Made by a program: the position numbers and the translations under genes. Below are positions 40,101 through 53,567 of a stretch of DNA of 64,000 nt, in pieces. A model generated the notes under the pieces. It worked only from the letters and a program-made list of their open reading frames with translations, did no database searches and was not told the origin of the DNA. Source of the DNA: Lingula anatina (lineage: Eukaryota > Animalia > Brachiopoda); contig CM120645.1 in NCBI GenBank assembly GCA_051362555.1, positions 9,610,001 to 9,674,000 of the forward strand, read 5' to 3'. Every line of letters begins with the position of its first letter. Position 1 is the stretch's first letter.

Positions 40101-42059
40101 TACTGTGTATATATTCATGTTACCCTGTGCACTGTATATTGCTATCAATTTTCATATTGAATTTTTTTGACTTAGGCTCTTCAGATGGACTATAATATCA
40201 ATGACAATAAAAGGCAATGAATGTAACCTTTAATTAGCATCTGCACCGAGAGTTAGATTAATTTCCTGCACAAATCTTTGTATTATATAATTGTACATTC
40301 AATCATTGAGCAGTGTGCAAAAGTTTGTGTTTATTCTATACTTCATTAAACAAGCTAGTGAAGCACATCTGTCTGTTCCGATACAGAAATCCGTCCACAT
40401 TTTGCAAGCTGGTTGAGTTTTTATTGAATTATAGTCAAGCCATTTGAACTTGATATTTTCATCAGATTAATTACTGTTTCCTGAATTGAAGTGCGTTTCT
40501 CAAGATCCCTGTGGGATAGAGCGCATTCACTGCCTTCAGGATTTCGGTGATGTCTTGTAATATAAATGATTTGTGAAAATTGAGCATTTAGTTCAAAATT
40601 TGAATAAATTGACTATAATTGTATCAACTTACTACAGATAAAAAAAATTCAGTAACTTATTATTATGATTTTTAGTTGGAGTGTGTGTTCCTACTTTTGT
40701 ATTATCATTATATATCAAACACTTTGAAGAGAGCCAACATGTGCAAATTGTATGATCCCTTGCTCAAAAACATAGTACTATAATTATTAATGGTAGTGGT
40801 AGTTACCATGAAACTAGTTTGATTGGTCCTAGCTGTATATGGACTTGGTAATAATGGAGAGTGGATTAATTACGTGACCACTTCATACACTGGTCATCAT
40901 ATATGCTAACCAGAGGAGCAGTAGGGAAATAACCTTATCATGGATTGTCCACTTCAGATGTCAGACAGAGATAAATTTGCCAAGTGGCTGGATTAAGGTC
41001 CGTCATCTGAAAGATTGAGATATCACCTAGAATTCAGTGTTGCTGTTGTGATAAGTTTTGTGAATAAAAGATGTATGTTTTTGTGTATGTACTGCATTTA
41101 CAGACTCCTTATTCTTAATCTATATAAAATTCCAACTCCCTACTATATAATTCTAAAAATTTAAAAGTTGATATGAAATATACTAAAACACATAAATAAT
41201 GCTGGTATCAGTTCTGTTCAGTCCATCTTCTTTTAGCTTTATAGCTTTTAATGGCCTTTATACTGGACACATCAGCATGCCTTTTACTCATACATCACCA
41301 AGATAAACTATATCCTCTCGGTTAATTATAACCATGTATGATTCTTGCCTGATCTGGAGAAAGATAGTAGGATGAGAACGTGCAAACCAGAAAACCCAAG
41401 ACCCATAATTTTTCAACCTATAATTGCACTAACCCATTTTGTTCTTAATGAGTCTGATTCTTGATTAATGATTCTCTTGAAAGTGTGTTTTGATGACGAT
41501 GATATTTGCAATGTATGGATTATTGATAAATGACTTTTGGTGATTAGTTTTCAATGCCTGAAAATTGCAGTCTCCGAGATCTTGTCAATATTGCCATCAG
41601 TTTTTCCATCACACACATTAGATATCACTCAGGCTTGAAATTAGGAAGCCTTTTCCTCAATAACTGAATTGCACAATTATGTTTTCATACCTAGATGTGT
41701 TTTATTGTCAGGTAGTTTTCACAAAATACCATGTCTGTGTGTCAGCAATTGCCTTTATGATAAAAATATGAGTAAATATGAAATCTGGATTTGTTGAGCT
41801 AGTGTAAATATGTATTTGATTTGGTCTCAAATAGGAATGGGGGCTTATAGCCAACAAAAGACATACATTTTATTTGTACTATGTTTCTTGGTAAATATAT
41901 GTGGTGTGTGTTTATGTGGGTTTTATTTATTGTCCTTAGTTTGTCCATGTGGGGTAAGTTCACTAAGGGCAAGGTGTGTGTGTTTACATACCTGAGATCA
42001 GCACCCCTTGTGGTTTTTATGACTAAATATATCTATGATTGATTATCTGTAGCAAGTTT

Positions 42060-42099
<40 letters not shown>

Positions 42100-42783
42100 G
42101 AAGAAGATAGCAGAGGTGGGAGGGAAGAAAAGAGTGATAGTAAATGATTTTAAAATGAGAGAAGGGGGGGCAGATATAAGAGGGGGTGATATACATGCAT
42201 AAGGTAAAGGAAAATGTTGGGAAGCCCAATTCAAAAACATGGTATCAGGGTTTGACTATACCAGTATATACCTTGTTCATCATACCTGTATCAGTGCAGC
42301 AAGACCTGTACATGTCTAACCTTGTCTCATTCTCCACAATAAAGCCTTGTTTACCATGATTGATGAATGCATTATTGGTACCTGCTGTCTCACTAGTGTA
42401 AGAGACAATGATGTAATATTATCTCTGTTGTACTTGACAAATGCATACTCATAATTCTAGGGATAAAACAGCCCCCAGTCTTGCCTGTGACATTATCTGA
42501 AAGAAATACCACATTGGTGTATCCTATGACAATTGTTGGGATTCCCAGACACATTACTTTCATTGATTTAGGTTGATTGATGTTTGATGTTTGAGGCAAT
42601 TATATGTGATAACCCTACGTGTTCTTTGTGAAGGAATTTAGGTTTTGTTATCAGCCTTTTCTATCAGATATAATGTGGTGAAATGTTATCTGTTTGTACT
42701 GTAAGATATGAGATATGAGCAAATTTGATTTTAAAGCAAACTGTTTGTTCTACGTCATTCCCTCCCCCCTTTTCTCTCTCTCT

Positions 42784-42828
<45 letters not shown>

Positions 42829-43413
42829 CTGCCCCCCCTTCCGCCCCATCCCCATAATTTTAAGCCTTTCTAAGGCATAAAAGACTGGCCAATTTTCCCC
42901 TCTAAAATGTCATTATCACCATACTTTGTACAAACAGGTTGTTATATCTAAATGACTGATATTAGAGCCAAGAAAAACAGGAAAATTGGAAATTGGTGTA
43001 AAAGGACCTCCCTTTTAACATATCATTTCCACTCAAAACAGGTACTGCTAACATGAACTTGTCCTTTGATTATTTTGCTTGTTAAGTTCATTCCTCAGTC
43101 GCATTATGTCAGAATAATTTTAATACTTCGACAGTAACAATGAATGCACCCAACAATAACAATATATTGTTGGCTTGCTGTCAAAAATACTATGATCTCA
43201 TATAGATGAGACTTTCAGTTCCGATTACCATGGCTTATGAAAACACAGAGACGGGTACTATTTTTGCTGGCTCTGTAGTCAGCTAGCAGCAGGCCTGTGG
43301 CTTTTTGGAAGGAGAGAACAGTGCGAAACTGTTCGAGTCATCGATAATTTGAAAGGTTGTCATGGTTTTAAACAGTCTGCTGCATGAAGAGTGTTTGTTT
43401 AGCTGAGACAATT

Positions 43414-43445
<32 letters not shown>

Positions 43446-46400
43446 GAGAAAGAGAGAGAGGGGAGGGAAAGGGAAGGAGAGAGAGAGAAGGGGGAGGGAA
43501 AGAGAGAAAGAGGGGGTGACAGAAGGAGAGAGGGCGTGAAATAATGACAAAAATAAAGTAAAACATGGGAAAAGGGGTAGGGTGGGTGAAAGTGACCAGA
43601 CAGATGAACAGATAGACACATGAGCAGATATTTTGAAAAATCATTGTAAACATCAACCAAAATGATAAATCAATTATATACTAGTACCGTACTTGGTATT
43701 TATACTAGTATTTGTAAGTGAGTGCCAGTGGTGTGTGTCCTCCTCGGAGCAAATATACCTGGTCTAACTGACTTTTGGTGCAAAATAGTTCACACCTGTA
43801 AGAAAGCTCCCAGGAATCTGTGTGTTTTTTCAGTATTAGTTGTAATTTTCACAGGTGAGAGTATTTGTTACAATAATAGATCTATGAAGTGTAGTTATTT
43901 GCTAGCAACATTCCAACCCAATTTCAATCAGATTTATGAAGCAGTGTATACGTTTCTGTGTATACACATGCCTTTGTACGTGCATGCATTTGTTTCTGTG
44001 TATGTATGCATATGTGTGCATGTGTGTGTGTATGTGTGTGGTTTTCTGTATAAGATCAAAAATTGATCCTTTTAACTGCAATTATGTTACATGTATTTCA
44101 TAACCTCATCATGTAAATCCCCCCATTTATCAGATCTGCTGATTCCTCCATCCCTCAAAGGATCTTAAAAATTACAATTAAGGACCCTTGAAAAAATTTT
44201 CCAGCTGCTACATGGGGAGAAATGGAAGTCAATGTACATGAGCATCATTTTGTGTGGAGCTAAACTCATCATATCCTTTGATCAGGTTTTGATTAGCAGC
44301 AGTAATATGTTGTCAGCATCATTTTATATCCATTGAAGAAGTGTCAAATTTCATTTAGAAACTTTTAGCAGATAGAAATTTGACATGTGTTGATTGGATC
44401 AAACCAGACTTTCAGATGGTTTTGGATGAAACTAGGCCCTATAGTTGGCTTTCAGGCTCATAGTCAGAAATTTCAGAGTGGGTACTTATGAAAAAGTTAA
44501 CCTTTTTGTCTCCTGTGTTGACTCAACTTTAAAATGGCATAGCCAAAAGGGTGATTCTTTCAAACCACTGCACCTGCCCCCCCCCCCTCCCCCCTGCCTC
44601 ATGCCTATGAGCCTGGCCTGTTTTTGGACAGAAGCATAACCTGATAGAAAAGCACATGCAATTCCATAATGCCGTGAATGGCAAACAAAGCTTATTTGAT
44701 CTTGCTATCAAGATTCATTACGATCCATTACACAAGTAATGTCTTCTGAAATGTTTGAAGTTCCTGGTAATGAAAGATTCAATTACTTTGTGTATTGCAG
44801 AGGAAAAATAGTCACAGGGCAATCAATAAGCTTAGATTGGGGAGGGGAGAGTGATAAGGCATGGAGTATGGTTCATATGTTGACTACACTTGCCACTGTT
44901 AAAAATCTTTTCATTTTAATTGTCTACTGTAAAAATATTTTGCAGTTTTTAACTTAAAGGTTCAGAATTTTTAAGGGCTACATATATATAAATTCAGATA
45001 CAATTAGTTGATCAAAGATACTATACTTATCATCAAAAATACTTCTTATTTTATGGAATTGTTTTTTAGTGATAAGAGAGTGATAAGGCATGGAGTATGG
45101 TTCATATGTTGACTACACTTGCCACTGTTAAAAATCTTTTCATTTTAATTGTCTACTGTAAAAATATTTTGCAGTTTTTAACTTAAAGGTTCAGAATTTT
45201 TAAGGGCTACATATATATAAATTCAGATACAATTAGTTGATCAAAGATACTATACTTATCATCAAAAATACTTCTTATTTTATGGAATTGTTTTTTAAGC
45301 GGGCACAACCAGTTTATCAGGTGGCATATCTGTGACAAGTTGATGTTTTAAAAGAAGTGGATGTCTTCTGGTGTTCTGGTCCCGTTGACTGGTGTATGTT
45401 ACCCAGTGTCACATGGTGAAACACTTCATACACACATAAAAAAATCATTGTACCAGGAGTGTCACTTCCAATTGCTCATTTTCACAAGAATCAACGTACT
45501 CAAGATCATGGGACTCTTAAATAATTGGCTGAAAAATTGCTTTTCTGTCTGCTTTATTAGGAGAAAAAATAGCACATGAAAAAATAGGGTGAACGCTAAA
45601 GTAATCTGAAAGGTCAGCTCTATTACAAAGTCAGGAGACATTGTCAAAGGTTTCCCATAGGAACCAAGACGGGATTGATGAAAGTTTACTCAAATACATT
45701 CACTGCATTGTTAATATTACTGTTAAGATAAATAAAGGACGGTTGATTGCACTGCATTGTGCTGATACCTTAACCAGTGCTAGATGTAATACAATCAATT
45801 TTCAGTTAGTGTAAGTTAAAAATTTCCCCATGACAGCTCTGTTTAGTGCTTTAAATAAGTTTACAAATGGAAAAAAGAAAACCCAAAGTCAAGGAAATAA
45901 TCTCTTTCTCTGTGTTTGACATTTGTGTCAGAATATTTGGGTGTGTTTCACATGTTTGCTGTTGATTTTCACAGAGACTGGAATCGTGTGTACTGTTATA
46001 TGTCCCAGTGGCTGGAATTGTGTGTAAGTGTAATGTGTCCCAGTATTGCAGCCATGTTTATAATCTGATAAACATGTGAACTCTGTTAACCTTTTTTTCA
46101 AAGATTTTTTTATCGTATGGCTAAATCAGAAGACTAATATAGAATGTAATTCATTTAACAGCTTTGACTTTTTCAGATGTATTTTATTATCAAAATTTAA
46201 AGTAATTTTTTACCTTTAGCATTAAAAAAATTAAAGTTAAAAAAGTAAATCAAAACTTAAAATTTGAACCATATCTGATAAAATATAGTGAGAATAATGC
46301 ACACAGTAAACTCAGCGTACAGTCTAGTCTGATAAGCTTCTAAACCTAACATACATATAAAAAAACCCAAGACTTACGGGCGGTGAACAGGGCAGTAATT

Positions 46401-46623
46401 CAAAAGTTATTTGCCTCCCACTGGTTATCCATGTCGATATAATCAGTCTCATCTTGGCCACACAGGGAACTGTGACTGTGCTGACCTCTACAGAATTTCC
46501 ACGGTCCTATTATTGAGAAAGTCCTACGGTTTTGGAAATGAACACATTCCAAAGTGCCCAGATTTAAAAAAGGGACTGCACAGTTGATTGCTTTATGTCA
46601 TGCAGAGAGAAAAGCATGATGTG

Positions 46624-46663
<40 letters not shown>

Positions 46664-49600
46664 ATAGTTGCAGCCCATACTTTGTGGTCTCTAGATGGAC
46701 GTTGGCCACATTGAGACAGAAGATTCAAACTTTGTGAACAAAAATATCCTAGTTTTATATTGCTCTAACTATTGAACAACTGAATGTAGCATTCTTTCGC
46801 ATAAGAAACACATGGTGTACATCGGATGATCACTGCGGTCTTTTCTTAAGGCTCCTAGCACTCGTGGTTTGTCATGTTGATACAGAGCTCCGAAAGATAT
46901 TGCCTGGAAGTTTGATAACTTATTGGCTTTCAAGGCTTTCAAGTTGAGAATGAGAATAATATTGAAAAAGTTTTTTTTTTTTTATAAGGTATGCCGAATT
47001 TCACATCTATAGCTAATGTGATTCAGCTTTATCGTTTTAAAAATCTCCTCATCTATTAGACAATTTATCAGATAAGCAGACGTCACATGCATGGCAACTT
47101 AAAACAGAACAGGCAGGCATCCATTGGGTCTGTAACTCAGGGTACACAGGGACAGACCTGCTGCACTCCGAGCTTTATTTTTTGTGCCCAGTGACCTTTT
47201 CACCTTCTCCACAAACACCACAGGATTGGTTTGTTTGGTAACAGGTAATATATAGGGTTAATGGAGGTGTAATTGGGTGTAAGTGGACATGCAAAAACTA
47301 CAGACAGACTGCTTTTATTGCAATTCAGGAGATTAACCTCCTATAATTACACAAACATGCTAGAGTTTTTCCCTGCTTTATCTCTATGGAGACTTTGGGA
47401 ATCTGAGATAGTTTTCACTATACAAATGTGGTAAGACCCTTGTCAAGGCAAGTCATTTTGGTTGACAATAAAGCAACACGTTGACAGTCCTTATAGCTTG
47501 TTTTGTGTTAACTGGACTACATGTATTTCAAATAACCTGTGTGCATGTTTTAGAAACTGTAGTCATATGCAACATGTTCAGTGTTTTAATTGTTGGATTT
47601 CAAAAAACACTTTTTTCTGTTCAGAGATAAAATGGATTCATATTTTATTAATTCAGCATGCTAATCTGTGGAATGAATACTGTGCATTAGGTAACATATT
47701 ACATTAACCTCATATTACATTACATACAGTAATTTTATTTTCGTAAGAAACAAGGAAAGTCGATCACTGAAATTCTAACATGCCACATTTTAGAAAAATG
47801 ACTATTATATAGTTATATAGCATAAATAATTGGAAGTGATACAGGCACTGATAGGCCCCCATTCCCCTGTGACCAGATTGATTAGATGATGAGGAATGCA
47901 GACTAGGTTGAAGGGGTCGTCAAGTGCAGACATCTTTAACATAAACTGCTTCACTGGGATTAGAAATGTTAATCCATTACCCAGTAATCGTCTACCCTGG
48001 TGGGCTATAAATCTGGAATTTTTTTTCTTTGTTTATTTGGAATGTGCTCTGTTTCATTTTTGGCTTCCTCCATTAAGTTGTGGATTGATTCCAAATTACT
48101 TTTCGGATACTCTGATTGTGCTGCCATCTTGTGGCATATAGAAACAAATGTGAGCAACAAAAGTCAACTAATGGCTGTAGATCAATTATGCAATTTTGTT
48201 TTTGACTTTCAGAACACTTTTATGTTTTCTGTTGTAGTTTAGTGCTTTGATCAATAAGTTATTTTATTCTTCCATGCTTAGAGCATTTGTCAAGAATATT
48301 TGTATCTGGGTTCAACTTCTGAGAAAATGTATCATGTATTAACTGTATATATATATCACAGTAAAAGTTTTGATTCATCGAATTATATTATACTATGTTA
48401 TATTGTTTATTATATTAATTCTAATACTAGATCTTAGGTTGAAACGGAGATAAGGTTGAAACGTTGTGTTCTCCGTTTCAACATTAGATCCAGTATTAGA
48501 ATTGATTTTTTCATTATCTTTGAACTGCACCTAATTTACATAAACAGTCCTAATTTTTCTTTCCCAATTGCTGTATTTGCAGGTAACCATGAGATTAGCG
48601 CGTCCCTCATACGACATGGAGCCGACATTAATGGACAGGACTTTAAGGGGTGAATATGTTAAAATTTATATCTGGAGAGATCACAGTTTGGTTAAATTTA
48701 TCAGTTTCATTAGAATACCAAATTGTGTGTTTTATTATAAATTTCTCTTGGTAAGCAATGTGTTATATTCACAAGATAATTGGTGATGATATTAAGAACC
48801 ATAGCAATGATTGATTTTATTGGGATAAAATAAATATTACTGATAATGGACTGATTTTAAAGAAAACATTCTCTTTCTTTAATTTTAGTAACACGGCTCT
48901 TCACATGGCCACATTTAATGGCAGATCAGACCTGGTGGACATGCTTCTGGCTGCGGGGGCCAAGGTGGGTATCTGGGGAGAGGATTTGGGAGAGGGGTAC
49001 TAATTAATGAACAGAGAAATGGGCACAATCATTCACATTCAGTTGCGGATCAGACTTTGTGGATCTTAGAAGGCAAAATGGGATTGACATTAGGGAGAAA
49101 ATTGACATTAGGGAGAGAATTGACATTAGGGAGAAGATTGACATTAGGGATGCGTTTGACATTGGGGAAGGGGATGGCATTAGGGAGAGAATTGACATTA
49201 GGGATGGGATTGATATAAGGGATGAAATTTGACATTACAGATCAGTATGATATTATGGGCGAGATTTGTTTTATAGGATAAAATTGACATTAGAGATGGG
49301 ATTTATTATTATGGAGAAGGGAGGATGATTGAGAGTTTGAAAAGGTGTGCATTCGAGGTGGTATTGCTTATTCACTATATAAGAATGGGTTTGAAATGTT
49401 TCTATGGTGATTTCTGTCTTTATAGCACTTTCTACTTCTACTTAGTTTTGGTAAATTTGCCATGGTATAATGTACCATCTTGCTCTTGTTTAGTTTGTGG
49501 AAATAATGACATGGATTCTCCTTAAAATTGATCAACTGATATAAACATTGAAACTAAGTAAAAAAAAAAAAAGGGACAGTTCCCAATACAAATCTGATGT

Positions 49601-52354
49601 ACATGTATTCCCCTAAATATAACATCTCAAGTCAAAGTCAAGCCCATCAGCAACTAATTCAAAACTGCATGTTTCTCTAAACGCATCTGATGTGGAGGAG
49701 TTTAGTTTAATGCCCCATGCAGACATCATGGACAGATACAGGTGGATTTTATTGAAGTAAACGAGTACTAGGTAATGAAGGGAGGCAGATGGCCAGGAAG
49801 CCTTGGCTGGGTGCAGAATCTTAACTTGTTCAGATTCTTTTAAACTAGGGAATCCATCTTGCCTTGTTGGTGGATTAGGATAGGTGTTTAAGTTTTGTGT
49901 AATGTTTGAATTTATTTGAAATGTAGAAATTAGTATTTTGTCAATGTTGGAGATGATATTAGATTCACTTACCATGGAGAGTAAATACCTGACATTGGTA
50001 CAATATTTGTCTCCCCTAACACACTCAAAATGTACACCACCTCTAATACAAGTTTCTATAACTTTTATTTGTTGTGGCAGGACACATATTTATTCTTCCT
50101 TTCTGAAAGCTTTAAGTTAACAAAACTGGCAACATTATAAGAAATAATCAAGACAAAAAAAGAAGCTGCATAGTTTGAAAATGAGTAAATTATCATGCAT
50201 GAACCTGGCTTCATCAGAAAGGCTGAATTATCAGGAAAGTTGAACTTTTAAAACCTGCATGTTTTAAGTATGCTGCCTGCCAGATCCACGTTGACTTCTT
50301 ATGATTGGCTGCCACTTGACTTGACACCTTGACTAAATTGGTGATATATGGGCATTCCATGAAGGCTGTTTATCATTATGATTTTTAATTCGAATAGTTT
50401 GTTTTGATTTACAGGTAGGTTTTGCTTTTATGTGTAGCAAAAATAGCCCCTGAGTCTCTAGAACCCCTAGATCTTAATTGAAATTTCTTAAGAAAATACT
50501 AAATATTTTGATATCTAATCAACTGGAAGGGTTTCACTTACTCGGGTGCATAAGTTTTTTTGCACTTAAAGAAGATAAAAATCGTTTTAGTCTTTCAAGT
50601 GCAAGTACACTGTCCATATGACAGTCCGTCCAAAATAAAGACACAGGATTTTTCAAGATTCTTCCCCTGAGTGTTGGTCAAGTGTTTTGTTTGGCTTGAC
50701 CCTCTTAAAGTAAAGTAAACTATGTTTGGAATGAGTTTAAAACATGGACTTTTTCTTCAACACCCAAGACGAGTATTTTAGTACCTGTAAAAGTATTAGC
50801 GAGAATCTTAGCCTTACTGGTAGAATACCTGGCAAAAGTGGCCAAGGCAGACAAAGAAAAACCTTCCTTGACAATTCTGAATTACCAACAAGACACCTTT
50901 GGTCATGGGCGAGAAACAGAACCCTTTGGCAAAATATCATCATTCATCAAATACTGCATCAGTGATGGCACATAAAGAAGAAGAAGAAAAAGTATTAGTA
51001 ACATGGCGAAAAAAAAAAAAAACACCTGTCAGGAAGGTAGAAGTATTCTGAAAAATGATGTAATGCTTTTAGTTTTGTGTAGTCTAGGGTCTGGTGTTCT
51101 GGCCCTCTACCACTTCCTCCTGTACACAGAGCTGTTGTACACGCTGAGGAAAGGTTAAAAGTTAAGACCTACTCGTTAACATTGCCTCAAACCATTAAAG
51201 CACTTCATGCATTGATATGGGCATCCCCTCTGATTTATTTTTTCCTGGAAAATAAATTCAGCAATTAACAGTTTCTTTAAAGGTCAGGCCCATTAAAAAT
51301 ATCCAGAAAAAGTACATCATCAGAGGCTCAGAGATTAAAAATATTATTTGTGTTCCTAAGTTTTTTCACATGGGTTAAAGGTTCAGAGACATCCTATCCT
51401 TGTACGTGCCTATTATGATGTTGTGCAAGGATGTTACATGTTCTTGCATTTCCGTCCTTGCTTCTTTTTCATTTCTGACTCATTGTTATACGCTTTATGG
51501 TTGTGTTCATATCAAGACCAACTTAGATCAAGAGTAGGCTAAATTACCTCACCAGTTTAAATGTAATTACAAAAACAGACTTTGGCTTTTTCTCCTTCCA
51601 GACAAATTGTAGTGTTAAAATTTTATAATTTCAGATTTTGAAACACTTCTGAATGTTTTTTTTTTTTTTTTTGTTCTTGTTTAAGGTCAACAAACTTAAC
51701 TTAGATGGAAACACGCCCCTGCACATAGCTTGCCAGGCTTTCACACAAGGAAAATTGATGTTGATTCTGAAGATGCTGAAGGTAATACAATATTATAACA
51801 GGGAAGATGTACTTCCTGTGATTCATGCAGTCAATTTTTTCCTTCTGTTTCAAAATTTTATTCATTAATTTTTTTTAACTCAGTAGGACAGCAAATGAAT
51901 TGTCTCAAAATTCTAAAATATTTTGAGAAGTTCCAATTTTCCTGTCCAATCTATCATTGTGATAATTTACTTGACTGCAGAGCTCAAAACTAGATGATGC
52001 ATGTAACCATAATAAAAAGCAGTGTTGAAAAACATCATCCAAGATCTAGATGAAGATGGCTATGTGCGATAATTGCCATGTAGCAATGTTGAAAATTGTG
52101 GCTGATGTGACACTCAACTGCTGCAACTGAAAAGAACCACTATCACACTACATCTGAATGTCTAATTTTTATGTTTCAGCATTTATTCTCTTTTTATTTA
52201 TTGAAATTGTCAGTGTTCCTCTGTTTCTGTGCATTTTTTCCCCTCAGGCTGGTGCCAATCCTGTCATAAAGAACAAAGCTGGAGACACTGCCCTAGACAT
52301 AACAGCCATGTTTAATAGGCAGGGTAAGGATCCCTCCCCCCTCTTTTTCTCCCT

Positions 52355-52391
<37 letters not shown>

Positions 52392-53512
52392 CTGGGATAT
52401 CTGGGAGTAGAAGTCCATCCCTTCAATCATGCTTTTATATTTTGCCACATTTAATGTTTATTCATGATAATTTGTTTTGTAACTGCCACCCATATTGTTG
52501 AATGAGTTGTTTTCTTTACAATGCAAATGTCTGTGCAAAATTTACATAACAAAAACAGTGTATTTTTAAAAGACATGTTGCTGTATAAATATGTAACATT
52601 TGATAAATTGACACAATTTTTATCCTTGTAAATTGTCCTGTTTTCAGAGGCTGCATCAGCACTTCTCGATCATGAGCCAAAACTGAAAGAGAACACATCT
52701 GCCATTGTTGGTGCCGCAATCAGAGGAAGTTCAGAAATTGTTCAACTTCTACTTGACTACGGTGTAAACCCAAATGGCATCTGTATCAAACAGAGGACGC
52801 GGCCACTACACGAGGCTGTCAGATATGAAAGGTAGTCTAAGGGTCCATTCCCAATGAAACTATCGATCCAACTTGAATCCAACTCAAATTTAACAGATTA
52901 ACATGCCTTCTCTTGTTGCCAATGTACTTGTATGATCGCCAGCATTTCTGTATTCTGCACAACACCAGTTGGAGGCGTGTTAACCTGCTTAACACATTGC
53001 ATTCTGCATTCCCTGTGGAGTTGGATGAATCTTGGTTAAGTGATAGTTTCATTGGGAAGACGCCCTAAAAAGTTGGCCATTAGTTACAGTCTTCTACTTC
53101 TTTGAACCTTGAAGAGAATGAGATGGTCTTTATTTTACTTATTCATGTATGCACATAAATGTTTGCACCTGCTAATTGCCATATCCAAAAGCAGATAATT
53201 TATACTAAAGACCTATAAGTTATGAAGGGTTGATTAAAAAAATCTCCAAAAACTGCACATTTTAATTTTAAGAAAGTGCTTACCACAATACCAAGCAGCT
53301 TTATTTTAAAGGCTGTCTGAAAATAACAACATATTTATAACTAAATATATGAACTTCTATTATGTAAGCTTATAAATGTCTTGAATTTCTTTCAGGTGGG
53401 AGACTGTAAAAATCCTGCTGTCCTATGGTGCTGACCCCCTCATGCAGAATGACAAGGGACAGGTAAGAGACATGGAAAGAGACTGAGGCACAGATATCAG
53501 GATTAATCTTTT

Positions 53513-53567
<55 letters not shown>

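Noticed and set aside
40481-40540. Imperfect hairpin as a candidate pre-miRNA
   Set aside because: The stem is short and bulged, and I cannot match it to a known mature miRNA.
43283-43660. Ser/Leu-rich ORFs in three frames
   Set aside because: Translation of a CT/GA low-complexity tract.
46378-46600. Minus-strand open stretch containing DETDYIDMD near a GTAAG donor
   Set aside because: No suitable start codon or partner exon, and the frame stops before the donor.
49004-49235. Repetitive ORFs (SLMSI / PNVN repeats)
   Set aside because: Translation of the 18-bp minisatellite; no splice or homology support.
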